DNA from: a virus
Lineage: Duplodnaviria; Caudoviricetes
Reading direction: 5' to 3' (one strand)
Length of the DNA stretch: 38,740 bases
IMG/VR virus record: IMGVR_UViG_3300031460_000089
Location: 1-38,740 of that record
In this document: piece by piece, positions 25,901-34,977 of the stretch
Layout: every line of letters starts with the position of its first letter
How positions within the stretch are numbered: the first letter of the stretch is position 1
The notes under the pieces: generated by a model
What the model was told of the DNA's origin: nothing
Seen by the model: only the letters and a program-made list of their open reading frames with translations
The model's database searches: none
Made by a program: the position numbers and the translations under genes

Positions 25901-28900
25901 CCGGAACGTCCCGGTCGAGGATGCCATCCGGGCGAACGCCGCCGCCGCCCGGGGAATCGGCGCAGCTGGCCGTAAGCAGCAGGCCGACGCCGCGGCGCTG
26001 CAGGACGCCAAGGACGCCGTTGCGAAGGCGCAGGCGGGGCATGTCGGCACTCAGGACGATGCGACCGCGGCGACCGACAAGGCGACCATCGCCACCGACA
26101 ATCTGGCCAAGGCAGAAGCGGCCCTCGCGAAGCTGCAGGGCGGCGGGGCGGCGCTCAGTCAAACCCAGGTCACCGCGGCTCAGGACAAGTCAACCATCGC
26201 CGCTGGCCGGCTGGCATCCGCTGAGGCGTCCTTGCAGAAGATGCAAGGGTCCGGGAAGGCCACAGCCGCCGGGCTCGCCGCGGCGCAGGCCCGAGTGGAT
26301 TTGGCGCAGCAGGCAGCGACGACCGCAGCCAACAAGGCCGCCGCGGCGCAGTCTGGGGTCGGCTCGGCGTCTACCGCCTCCGCATCGCAGATCGCCGCGG
26401 CGCAGGCGAAGGTCGATCTGGCGCAGCAGGCAGCTACCAAGTCAGCGAATGCTGCAGCGACGGCGAACTCGAACATCGGGAAGCAGACGAAGGGCGACAC
26501 CGCCTACAACGATGCCCTCGCCGCCGCCAAGCTGAAAGTGGCCGACGCCAACAACACCCTTGCCGACTCCGCTGACGCCATCGTCACAGCCGATGAGCTG
26601 TATCAGAAGACCGCCGCGATGAACGTGACAGTCCTGTCCGAGCAGGCCGACAAGCAGCACGGATTTGCCTACGCAGTCAAGGTCGGCACAGCTGAGATGC
26701 AGAAGCAGCGGGACGCGTTCATCGCGCAGCAGCCCGCCGCCGACATCGCATCAGGTGCCGCCGCTCGGCTCGCCGACCACTACGGCCTGATCCCGAAGAC
26801 CGTCCTCACCCTGCTCACCGGCGACCCGAAACTTGCGGTCGAGGCCGCGAAGGTCGCCAAGGACGCGTACGACAAGGCCACGCTGGACCGGATCACCACC
26901 TTGAAGGTGAGCACCTCCGACGCCATCGCTGACGTCAACAAATATGGCCTGGACCTGTTCCGGATGCCGACGAGCATCGTCACGAAGTTCATCGCCGACA
27001 ACGCCGCGGCCAAGAAGGAAGGGTTCAACCTTTACAACGTCTACAACCGGACCACCGGCAACTGGGTCGCCCAGTTCCTCACCCCCTCGGCTGCCGCCGC
27101 CCAGCAGAAGGCCGGCGACCTGGTCCGCCAGTATGACCGGAACCAGGGCACCTGGACGGCGAACCTCGTCGCAGTCAACCTCGCCTCTGCCCAGATCGAC
27201 GCGGTAGCGGCGTCTCTCGCAGCGGTCAAGGACAAGACCGTGCACCTGACGGTCGATGCGAACGGCACTGCTGGCGCGACGGTTGTGCAATCGGACGGGT
27301 CATTCTCCACCAAGGGCGGTGGCAAGGGATACGCCACTGGCGGCCCCATTCACGGCCCCGGCACCGGGACCTCCGATTCGATCCCGACGTGGCTGTCGAA
27401 CGGCGAATTCGTCAACACCGCCAAGGACTACAGCCGCAACAAGGGCGCCATCGACTACATCCACGCCGGTGGCACCATCCCGAAGATGGCTAACGGTGGC
27501 CTAGTCGGCGGCCCGACGACCACCATCAAGATGACCGGTAACGGCGATATCTCGGCGACGCTAGCAGCAGTGCAAAAGATCTACAGCAACGCCGACAAGT
27601 CCGCCGCCGCTATGAACGCCGCCGCTGCCGCGATGGTGTCAATGAGCCCATCCGGTCTGCTCGGCTCACAGGACCCGTCCTCGTGGGGCTGGGGCGTCGG
27701 GAAGAACATCGTCCCATTCGCCTTCCACGGCATCGACTTCCCCGCCGGTGTCGCAGCCGGCACCGAGTCGATCTGGTCGTCGTTCCTGTCGCAACTGGAA
27801 CCGATGATCCAGGGCGGTATCCGTCCGGGTGAGGACTGGGGTTTCGAGAACCGCGACAACGTGAACTCTCCGGGCAACAAGTCGTTCCACTCGTACGGTT
27901 TGGCGTTGGATGTGAACGCGCCGGAGAACGGAAACGGGTCAGCCCCGGGCAGCGGCCCCGGACAGATCCCGTCCACTGCGGGCGCGTTGGCGCGACAGTT
28001 CAACATGCTTTGGGGCGGCGACTTCACCGGCACGAAGGACCCGATGCACTTCGAGCTCCACCAGCGTCCGGGTGGTTCAGGTGGAGCCAGCCTCGCCGGT
28101 GGAGTGGCCGCCGGTGCCGCCCCTGCTGCATCGTCCGGTGTGGACCAGTGGGTCCCAATGATGGACAGGGTCATCGCAGCCAAGGGTCTGCCTGTTGCGT
28201 ACATCGAGCCGATCATGGCCGCGCAGATGTCCCACGAATCGTCGGGCAACCCAGCTGCGATCAACAACTACGACATCAACGCGCAAAACGGCGACCCATC
28301 GAAGGGGCTTCTGCAGTTCACCGGTGCCACCTTCCGACGTTTCGCGGACCCGGGATTCAACAGCAACATCTGGGACCCAGAGTCGCAGATGCGGGCGTTC
28401 CTCAACTACGTTCCCGCCACCTACGGCGACTTCAGTTACCTGACGAAGATCGGCAACGGCGCGTACGCCACTGGCGGTCCGGTCCAAGCGCCTGGCACCG
28501 GAACGTCTGACGGTGGACTCGCCCGGGTATCGAACGGCGAGTTCGTCAGCACCGCAGCCGACTACAAGCGGAACCGCAACGCGATCAACTACATCCACTC
28601 GGGCGGCACCATCCCCGGGTATGCGGCCGGCGGGCCCGTCCTGCCGTCCACCAGCTCCCTGGCAGGCATCCCAGCGCCAGGCCAGGGCGCACGGCTGTCC
28701 GAGGTCATCAACGCGTTGCAGCTGCTCACCCAGGCCATCACCGACGCTCGGACCGCGGCCACCGACAAGCGGGCGCTGGAGAACACCGCGTGGGACAACC
28801 TGAACAACGTCGCGCAGGCCGGGCGGGACCACCGCGGCAATGCACGGCTCAACCTCGCCGCCGCGCAGGAGATCCAGCGGGCGGAAACGAGGAAGACGTC

Positions 28901-29939
28901 GGCGCAGACACGGGCGGCTGATGAGGCGCGGATCGAGTCGATCCAGCGGGTCAACGGGAAGATCGCCGCGTCCGACCGGCTCGCGCTGGCCAAGGCCAAC
29001 CGGGAATGGCTCCTGGCGCAGCGGACCCGCATCTCCTACGACGCGGCTGCCTCGGCCGCCGAGCGGTTCCAACGCTCACAGCAGCACGCATTCCAGTCGC
29101 AGCAGTCCATCGCCAACCACCTGGACACCATCAACAACTGGATCGCGACCAACCAGGCGAACGTCGCCAACCTCAAGAGCAACCGCGCCCAGGTGATGGG
29201 CGGTATCTCCTCCACCGTCTCAGGGTTCGACTCCGGCATCCTGGGCCACCCCGACACCCGCAACACCATCGCCAACATGATCAAGGGCCAGCTGTACGAC
29301 GTCGCTCAGGCGCAGAAGTTCAACGTCAACATCGGCAAGGACCGGAAGCTCGGGCTGTCCAACGACATGCTGCAGCAGATCGCCGCGGCCGGAGTCGACG
29401 GCGGCGGAGTGTTCGCCGCCGCCATCGCCAAGGGCACCCCCGCTCAGGTCAAGCAGCTCAACAAGCTCGCCATCCAGATGCACCGCATCGGCGACAACGT
29501 GGGCGCTACGGTCGGCGGCGCGATGTACGACAACGGCATCAAGGTCGGTGAGGGCATGATCGCCGGGCTGATGTCTACCCAGAAGCACCTCGAGGCGTCG
29601 CTGTGGAAGTACGCCATGGGTGCGCTGGGGACGATGAAGAAGGCCCTGAAGATCAAGTCCCCGTCGCAGCTGTTCCACGACGAGGTCGGTGTTCAGATTG
29701 GTTTGGGTGTCCGCAACGGCATCAACTCCCAGATCCCCGCGGTGGCCCGCGCCACCTCGAACCTCGTCACCGTCCCCCACGCCCGATTGAACGGCTCGGG
29801 CGGTTCCGGTGGCGCTCCCCGCTTCGACGTCAAGGTGTTCATCGGCAACAAGGAGATCACCGACATCGCCCGCGTCGAGGTCGAGCACAGCATGACCGGA
29901 CTGGGCCACGCTCTACGGAAGGTCAAGGCGCAAGGATGA
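22899..29939 (+). CDS. Tape measure protein with M15-type peptidase and lytic transglycosylase domains, 2346 aa
   Basis: TP901-like core (ADFETEMN...GGTTLK); SFHSYGLALDVN...WGGDF...DPMHFE; HESSGNP...SKGLLQF. Confidence 0.95.
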   Translation: MALTAGQLMATLSLDMAPYEASLTRAKERARQDGAQIAMHLRVEPQMDHAGYTASLSRMVEEAKKAAARIHGEMSTIHMERLDFGAGGIANVGKVRGQIRSISGDMDRLRRLVHAPLVIGGAEDDRLRSELAQLQARIERLRASAARPVRVATTGGGAAESSSPGALSKMGSGVLRNVGYMAGTAAISAVGAALVSTIKSTADFETEMNTLGAVAGPVGMAGTTIAQVSAKALALGADFTIANASASDAAVTMTELVKGGLSAAQAMDAAKGSLQLASAGGISFVQAADLESAALAQFALKGTDAGKVADILANSAHAARGTVGDLGTALTYAGLNAHQAGWSLKETATTLAEFAKFGLTGSLGGTTLKDFTMRVEKAAVSTGAAGEAYKQLGLDVYNQDGTLKSAAQISDQLATAHKKLAPMIYNSAMQTVFGARAINGANIMAMQGSKGWNELADKISKGAGAAGFSAARMQGLGGAFANLQNQVETAQIQLGEKFSPALQHIVNQIADAVPTIANFMAGPSIGTGFSHLGDFFGPIITGASDLISKAWPYISDFITSVGHGFGSILDFIKPVADGIGAFFSGISNNGAVAMIGGVLDGIGKAFSGVLQFVAPVGKVLGAVIGVLGNLPFPVYAGVAALGAFLLLRGPLNQMLLQATYGYARLGTSIMETFAGGPMAALKSGGSALMGALGGPWGIAITAASAGLAWFMTRSQGATKATVDFSSAVDANTGKLSSNATALISTQVKDAEAAYVKLGGALGDYTAAVAGSIPAQQRVNAVFADAETQAIAGSSAWQKYGKVFESFGITTGQVSAAVAAGGNSLDVLFNKVTKSIRFDGQGKIAAEGLIWSMQSFKGSTMDVNAQLDTYRKNLGDISGKQKAGADAANLAAAAQKALNGSTKDGAEFTGALGRAWTSAQHLAITAIGPLTELQVRYGEIAKGAQLAGDDTSAFYEIVKGAKGKPDTIVTPMTQAFADYKQAVTDADTTTQQFIMTMDKLAGRNVPVEDAIRANAAAARGIGAAGRKQQADAAALQDAKDAVAKAQAGHVGTQDDATAATDKATIATDNLAKAEAALAKLQGGGAALSQTQVTAAQDKSTIAAGRLASAEASLQKMQGSGKATAAGLAAAQARVDLAQQAATTAANKAAAAQSGVGSASTASASQIAAAQAKVDLAQQAATKSANAAATANSNIGKQTKGDTAYNDALAAAKLKVADANNTLADSADAIVTADELYQKTAAMNVTVLSEQADKQHGFAYAVKVGTAEMQKQRDAFIAQQPAADIASGAAARLADHYGLIPKTVLTLLTGDPKLAVEAAKVAKDAYDKATLDRITTLKVSTSDAIADVNKYGLDLFRMPTSIVTKFIADNAAAKKEGFNLYNVYNRTTGNWVAQFLTPSAAAAQQKAGDLVRQYDRNQGTWTANLVAVNLASAQIDAVAASLAAVKDKTVHLTVDANGTAGATVVQSDGSFSTKGGGKGYATGGPIHGPGTGTSDSIPTWLSNGEFVNTAKDYSRNKGAIDYIHAGGTIPKMANGGLVGGPTTTIKMTGNGDISATLAAVQKIYSNADKSAAAMNAAAAAMVSMSPSGLLGSQDPSSWGWGVGKNIVPFAFHGIDFPAGVAAGTESIWSSFLSQLEPMIQGGIRPGEDWGFENRDNVNSPGNKSFHSYGLALDVNAPENGNGSAPGSGPGQIPSTAGALARQFNMLWGGDFTGTKDPMHFELHQRPGGSGGASLAGGVAAGAAPAASSGVDQWVPMMDRVIAAKGLPVAYIEPIMAAQMSHESSGNPAAINNYDINAQNGDPSKGLLQFTGATFRRFADPGFNSNIWDPESQMRAFLNYVPATYGDFSYLTKIGNGAYATGGPVQAPGTGTSDGGLARVSNGEFVSTAADYKRNRNAINYIHSGGTIPGYAAGGPVLPSTSSLAGIPAPGQGARLSEVINALQLLTQAITDARTAATDKRALENTAWDNLNNVAQAGRDHRGNARLNLAAAQEIQRAETRKTSAQTRAADEARIESIQRVNGKIAASDRLALAKANREWLLAQRTRISYDAAASAAERFQRSQQHAFQSQQSIANHLDTINNWIATNQANVANLKSNRAQVMGGISSTVSGFDSGILGHPDTRNTIANMIKGQLYDVAQAQKFNVNIGKDRKLGLSNDMLQQIAAAGVDGGGVFAAAIAKGTPAQVKQLNKLAIQMHRIGDNVGATVGGAMYDNGIKVGEGMIAGLMSTQKHLEASLWKYAMGALGTMKKALKIKSPSQLFHDEVGVQIGLGVRNGINSQIPAVARATSNLVTVPHARLNGSGGSGGAPRFDVKVFIGNKEITDIARVEVEHSMTGLGHALRKVKAQG

Positions 29940-30856
29940 TCACGATCGCCGCGACCGTCGACACCGCAGTGCCACAGCCACGTATCCGCCTCGACGTGAC
30001 AGCCAACGCCACAGCGCCCGGCGTGGACCCGGCCGCCAGGTTGTCCATCTACCGCGTCAACCCGGACGGATCACAGAAGCGCGTCATCGTCGATGCCAAC
30101 GCGAAACTGATCGGCGGCAGCTGGACCGGGTTCGACTACCACTGCCCGTTCAACGCCCAAGTGCAGTACATCGCATCAGCGTCGGCGGTCAACTCTTCGA
30201 TGACCCCCGCGTCCTTGCCCTCCTCGGTGTCGTGGCTGATCCACCCGAACAACCCGGCGCTGTCCGTGCAGCTCGATGCGGTCGCCGACTTCGCAGACCA
30301 AGCCTTCGACGGCGCCGCCGTGATCTCCTTCCCCTACAGCGGCGTCTACCCGATCTCGCTCACCGAAGGTGTGCAGCGCGCACCGACCGGGCAACTCACC
30401 GCCCGCGTCAACACCAGAGCAAAAGCCAACGCCATCCTGTCACTGCTGGCCGATGGTGGCCCGATGCTGATGAACCTCGCCAGCAAAGACCCGGCAGCGT
30501 GGTGGGACCAGCCGTGGGCGTGGATCCAACGCACCACCGTCACACCCACCAACACCGCGAAGAACCTCACCGGCGCCAGCCGGAAGTTCGTCATCCCCTA
30601 CCAGGTAATAGACACCCCGGCCGGCGCCGCGCTGCCACTGTGGACCTGCGACAACGTCACCGCTACCTACACCACCTGCGACCAGGTGACGGCCACCTAC
30701 TCGTCATGCTCCGGCCTCACCACGAACACGATCAACACCCCCGCGACCGGCGGGTTGGTCCTCACCCCCGACGGCACCTACGCCGGTCTGTACACCGGAT
30801 CCTTGACCCCGCTGACCCCCGACCCGGCCCACCCCGGCCTGTACTTCCTCAGCTGA
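29936..30856 (+). CDS. Minor tail protein (distal-tail-like)
   Basis: First gene after the tape measure; DYHCPFN, SWLIHP; ATGA overlap. Confidence 0.8.
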   Translation: MITIAATVDTAVPQPRIRLDVTANATAPGVDPAARLSIYRVNPDGSQKRVIVDANAKLIGGSWTGFDYHCPFNAQVQYIASASAVNSSMTPASLPSSVSWLIHPNNPALSVQLDAVADFADQAFDGAAVISFPYSGVYPISLTEGVQRAPTGQLTARVNTRAKANAILSLLADGGPMLMNLASKDPAAWWDQPWAWIQRTTVTPTNTAKNLTGASRKFVIPYQVIDTPAGAALPLWTCDNVTATYTTCDQVTATYSSCSGLTTNTINTPATGGLVLTPDGTYAGLYTGSLTPLTPDPAHPGLYFLS

Positions 30857-31980
30857 TGTATCCGGTCTCGAACCTGTGGGCCGCCGCGATCCCCGTCTCC
30901 CACGGCGTAGCGAACCGCGTCGAAGCGTGGGACACAGACGCCGACTACCTGATCGGCACACTCCCCTACACGGCCGGCGGAGTGCAGGACCAGTGGGTGT
31001 CCGGGGCCCGCCGAACCCTGTCCCTCACCGTCACCCCCACCGGCTATGTGAAGCAGATGCTGCGCCCCGGCGTGGAGCTGCGACCGTTCTCCGGCATCAA
31101 CTACGGCTCAGGGCAGCCGGAGATGCTGCCCTTGGGACGGTTCCCCCTGGTAGACACCACGATCGGTATCCGCCCCGACGCCACGATCAGCCTGAGCTTG
31201 CAGGACCGGTGGCAGTGGGTTGTTTTGTCGCCGTTCATCACCCCCCGATCCTCAGATGTCGGCGTCACCGTCGTCGCCCAGATCATCCGGCTCCTCACCG
31301 AAACCGGGCAGTGGGCCGCCTCGCAGGTCACCAACCTGTGCACCTCCACAGTCAAGGTCACCGCGCAAGTCTGGGACACCGACCGACAGCAAGCCATCTT
31401 CGACCTGTGCACATCCATCGGCGCGGAAGTGTTCATCGACCGGCTCGGCAACCCCGTCATCCGCCCGCGGCTCACAGCAGCCACCCCGGTGGCGACATTC
31501 GCGCCCGGAGTGCGGCTGAAGGGGATGTCGGTCAGTACGTCAGCCGCCGACGTCTACAACGCGGTCCGGGGGACATCGACACTCACCGACCCGGCGTTCA
31601 TCATCCCCGACTACCTGGCCCGGATCACCGACCCGAACCACCCCGCCTTCCCCGGCAAAGGCATACCGCTCCGCTCCTACCTGCTGGCGTCGCCGCTTTT
31701 CACCGATCCGGTGCAAATGAAAAACGCGACGCAGAAGGTGCTGTCGAAGATCTCTCGGCAGGCGCGGCAACTCACCATCGACCCGACCGGACCGGACCCG
31801 TCCCTCGACGCCTCCGACACCGCGCAGGCCCTGTGGCCGGCGGATGGCAGCGCACCCTACGGCCTCGGCGGAACCACGGAACGCGGGCAGATCTCCACCG
31901 CCAACCATCCGCTGACCTTGACCGACTCCTGGCAGATCGTCACATCATCCAGCCGATCCGATGAGGACTACACACCATGA
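30856..31980 (+). CDS. Minor tail protein (baseplate hub-like)
   Basis: RRTLSLTV, PLGRF, LQDR, VYNAV, SPLFT motifs; position. Confidence 0.8.
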   Translation: MYPVSNLWAAAIPVSHGVANRVEAWDTDADYLIGTLPYTAGGVQDQWVSGARRTLSLTVTPTGYVKQMLRPGVELRPFSGINYGSGQPEMLPLGRFPLVDTTIGIRPDATISLSLQDRWQWVVLSPFITPRSSDVGVTVVAQIIRLLTETGQWAASQVTNLCTSTVKVTAQVWDTDRQQAIFDLCTSIGAEVFIDRLGNPVIRPRLTAATPVATFAPGVRLKGMSVSTSAADVYNAVRGTSTLTDPAFIIPDYLARITDPNHPAFPGKGIPLRSYLLASPLFTDPVQMKNATQKVLSKISRQARQLTIDPTGPDPSLDASDTAQALWPADGSAPYGLGGTTERGQISTANHPLTLTDSWQIVTSSSRSDEDYTP

Positions 31981-32255
31981 CCTACCTCGACGACATAGCT
32001 GCCGCGATCATGGCGCAGGCAGGCCCATACAGCCCCGTGAAGGTGGGGAAAGTCGAGTCGGCCTCGGCCGATTCGAGCGGTGCCCGCACCGTCACGGTCA
32101 GCTTCGACGGCAGCGCCTCGGCGCCCGCCACCTGGTCGTCGGCGTTCGACGTCGCCATGGCCACCAAGGGCTACCCGGCCGTCACGGGAATGAAAGTGCT
32201 TCTCCTGTTGCCCTCCGGGCAACCGTTCATATCCGACATCATCATCGGGAGCTGA
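31977..32255 (+). CDS. Small minor tail protein
   Basis: ATGA overlap; small beta-rich protein after the hub. Confidence 0.7.
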   Translation: MTYLDDIAAAIMAQAGPYSPVKVGKVESASADSSGARTVTVSFDGSASAPATWSSAFDVAMATKGYPAVTGMKVLLLLPSGQPFISDIIIGS

Positions 32256-32259
32256 CACC

Positions 32260-32916
32260 ATGCCCAGTAACACACTGATATCCGCGCTGCCCTATGCGGC
32301 CGGACCTGACCAGCCGTCGATCCCGTTCCACACCAACAACTTGGCGCAGAAGCTGGACCCGCTGGTCATTCCGCCGTTCGGGTCCGCAGCTGCCAGGGAC
32401 GCAGTGATCACCGCCGCGGTTCGCGCAGCCGCACCGAACGGCGGGGAAGGACTGCACAGCTACATCGTCAACTCCGGCATGTGGGAGTACGACGGCGTCA
32501 CCTGGCAGCCGATGGGTTTGCGGGTCGCGCTGTCCCGCACCTACCACGACGTGACCGCGCTCTCGAACTCCACCTCACCAGGCGCCGTTCCCGGTTTGCA
32601 CGGCCAACAGTTCACCCTCAACCGAAGCCGGACCTGTCGGGCCACCATCACCAACTTCCAGATCTCCGGGGCCGCCGGTGACCAGTGGCAGTTCTACGTG
32701 AATCAGGACGGCGGACCGATTGTCATCATGGCCCAGAACGTGTTCGTCAACTCAGGGGGCGCCGGGTCGCAGCGCATGACCATGCAGTCGGCGCCGTTCC
32801 CCTTGACCGCAGGGACCCACGCGATGGGCGTCTACATCCTCCGCGCATCCGGCACGGGCGGCTACGTCACCCTGCTCGACGCGACCCTCACCATCACCGA
32901 CGAGGGGCCGGCATGA
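32260..32916 (+). CDS. Minor tail protein
   Basis: LPY...LAQKLD...FGSAAARDA...YDGVTW and a beta-rich C-terminus. Confidence 0.75.
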   Translation: MPSNTLISALPYAAGPDQPSIPFHTNNLAQKLDPLVIPPFGSAAARDAVITAAVRAAAPNGGEGLHSYIVNSGMWEYDGVTWQPMGLRVALSRTYHDVTALSNSTSPGAVPGLHGQQFTLNRSRTCRATITNFQISGAAGDQWQFYVNQDGGPIVIMAQNVFVNSGGAGSQRMTMQSAPFPLTAGTHAMGVYILRASGTGGYVTLLDATLTITDEGPA

Positions 32917-33557
32917 CCGTCGACGACCCTTCGCTCTTGCAGCCGAAATCGGATCCCACAGTTCGCACAAACGAGGCGGTCAAAGCTGCGACCGAGCAGT
33001 TGCGCCGGGAGCTGCAAAGCATGAGGGAAATTCTCGAGACGCGCCTCGATGCGATCGATACCGCGACGACCCTGCGGCTGCAAGGCTACGACGCTCAACC
33101 TGCGGCTATCGAGCGGGCAGTCAGGCAATTGGAGGAATTAACCGATGAAAAATTTGCATCCATCACGCAAACTTTTCACGAGCGAGATGTTCGCCTTAAC
33201 GAAACGGCCGTAGCATCGAAGCAAGCAATTGATGCAGCATTGCAAGCCGCGAAAGAATTGGTGGGGCAGCAGAACAATTCGAATGTGGAGGCCGCAGCGA
33301 AGGCGGAAAGGGCATTCACCAAACAGATCGACCAAACATCGGTGCTCATCAGCGCGCTGGAAAAAGGGTTGACCGACCGCATCCTCGAACTGAAGGAGCG
33401 GATGGACCGGGGCGAAGGCTCCATGCTGGGCACCTCTGCGACTCAGGTGCAGCACCGCGCGGCGACCAGCATCGCATGGCAGATCGCCGCCGCGGTCGGT
33501 GGGTTCGCGGCCCTCGCGCTCGGCATCCTCTCCGCCATCCTCGCGATGAAACCGTAA
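32913..33557 (+). CDS. Coiled-coil protein with C-terminal transmembrane anchor (lysis-associated)
   Basis: Long heptad region ending IAWQIAAAVGGFAALALGILSAIL; precedes the endolysin. Confidence 0.75.
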   Translation: MTVDDPSLLQPKSDPTVRTNEAVKAATEQLRRELQSMREILETRLDAIDTATTLRLQGYDAQPAAIERAVRQLEELTDEKFASITQTFHERDVRLNETAVASKQAIDAALQAAKELVGQQNNSNVEAAAKAERAFTKQIDQTSVLISALEKGLTDRILELKERMDRGEGSMLGTSATQVQHRAATSIAWQIAAAVGGFAALALGILSAILAMKP

Positions 33558-33673
33558 TTCAACTACCGGTCACTCATGACCTCAACCCTTTATCAGCCCG
33601 GACCGATCGGCGAAGGCTACGACGGCCCCCGATGGCCGTGGCTGACCGGACCCCAACCCAAGAGAGGAACACC

Positions 33674-34717
33674 GTGCTCACTGAAAACGGATTCACCGCA
33701 GACAGCCCACTCGTCAACGCTGTCCGCCCCGCCTACGGATACGCACCAGGCGACAGCTCCCGCCACTTCAACCAGGACAGCATCGACGTCAAGGCCGGAG
33801 TCGTCCACTCCGTAGAGTGCCGCCTCGGTGACATGATGTCCGGGCCGGACGGGTCCGACAGCGGCCTCCTCGGCGACGACTGGATGGATCAGCAGAGCAC
33901 CGAAGCCTCCGTTCACTACGGCACCGACCCGGACCACACCGTTCAAGGCGTCAAAGAGAAGGACGGATGCTGGGGCGCCGGGCCCAACGCCAACGCGATC
34001 GGCATCCACTGCGAGCAGACCGGGCAGGCCGCGATGTCCCGCGACGAATGGACAACCCCGGATGCGATGAAGCAGCTGCGCCGCACCGCAGCGCTGTTCG
34101 CCGATGTCTTCACCCGGCACGGAATCCCGTTCCAGTGGGCGACTGACCTGCAGATCCAGTCCGCCGCCGCCGGCGGGCCCGCGTGCGGCCTCACCTACCA
34201 CGAGGACTGGACCCGGAACTTCCCGGGCGACACCACCCACACTGACCCCGGCCCCGGGTTCCCCGGCAAGCCGATCGGCCCGTACGTCCCTGGGCAGACG
34301 GACCTGTCCGGGGATCTGCTGCTGCCGCTGATGAAGCAGTACGCGGCAGGCACCTCCGGTTCCACCCCCGTTACCCCAACGATCCCGCTCACCCCCGACG
34401 CACCGGCCCCGGTGCTCGTGTTTCCGCCCCCACCACCGAAGGAATGGTCAGACATGGCATCGAAGGAAGACATCCAGGCCGCGATCGCCGCAGCCCTCAA
34501 AACCGACACCCACACCAATGCGTCCGGCTGGAACGTGTTCGCACCCAACGGTCGCGGCATCGGCGCATCCGTGAACGGGTCCCGCGTCTGGTCGGGACTC
34601 ACCCCGCAGTCCTGGCAGGCGCTGCAGAAGGCCTGCGCCGCAGCCGGCCAGACCTATCTCAACTGGGGGAGCCTGCCGTCCGATCAGGTTCTCCGTCTCT
34701 TCGGAAAGCAGGTCTGA
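33674..34717 (+). CDS. Endolysin, N-acetylmuramoyl-L-alanine amidase (Amidase_2 type)
   Basis: GAGAGG RBS; VVHSVE, SVHY, WGAG..AN..GIHCE, HTDPGPGFP; Pro-rich linker then a C-terminal domain. Confidence 0.88.
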   Translation: MLTENGFTADSPLVNAVRPAYGYAPGDSSRHFNQDSIDVKAGVVHSVECRLGDMMSGPDGSDSGLLGDDWMDQQSTEASVHYGTDPDHTVQGVKEKDGCWGAGPNANAIGIHCEQTGQAAMSRDEWTTPDAMKQLRRTAALFADVFTRHGIPFQWATDLQIQSAAAGGPACGLTYHEDWTRNFPGDTTHTDPGPGFPGKPIGPYVPGQTDLSGDLLLPLMKQYAAGTSGSTPVTPTIPLTPDAPAPVLVFPPPPPKEWSDMASKEDIQAAIAAALKTDTHTNASGWNVFAPNGRGIGASVNGSRVWSGLTPQSWQALQKACAAAGQTYLNWGSLPSDQVLRLFGKQV

Positions 34718-34719
34718 TC

Positions 34720-34977
34720 ATGAACTGGGGATACGCGAACAAGACCATTGCGGCGCTGGTCACCGCGTTCGGCGGCGCATACGCCACGGCGAACCTCGAC
34801 GGTGTTGTGACTGGCAGCGAATGGGTCGCCATCGTTGTTACCACGGTCGTCGCTGTCGGTGCGGTGTTCACCATCCCGAACGCGCAGGGCGAGCCGAAGC
34901 CCGAGCCGCTGGTCCTCGACCCCACCGATGGTGTCCTGGTCTTGCCGGAACCCGGCGGGAAGCATACCGCCGCATGA
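34720..34977 (+). CDS. Holin
   Basis: 85 aa, two hydrophobic segments (KTIAALVTAFGG; EWVAIVVTTVVAVGAVFTIPN), directly after the endolysin. Confidence 0.8.
   Translation: MNWGYANKTIAALVTAFGGAYATANLDGVVTGSEWVAIVVTTVVAVGAVFTIPNAQGEPKPEPLVLDPTDGVLVLPEPGGKHTAA

Noticed and set aside
11160-29909. Long minus-strand ORFs such as 11160-12290, 12725-13897, 17706-19109 and 23715-24869
   Set aside because: Shadow ORFs opposite well-supported structural genes, expected in high-GC DNA.
1782-33673. Long upstream extensions of track ORFs (starts at 1782, 5531, 7584, 8631, 18335, 29603, 30232, 33476)
   Set aside because: They overlap other genes out of frame; downstream starts with RBS or stop/start coupling fit better.
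33576-33815. 79-aa ORF before and overlapping the endolysin
   Set aside because: No RBS, long out-of-frame overlap, no recognisable motif.
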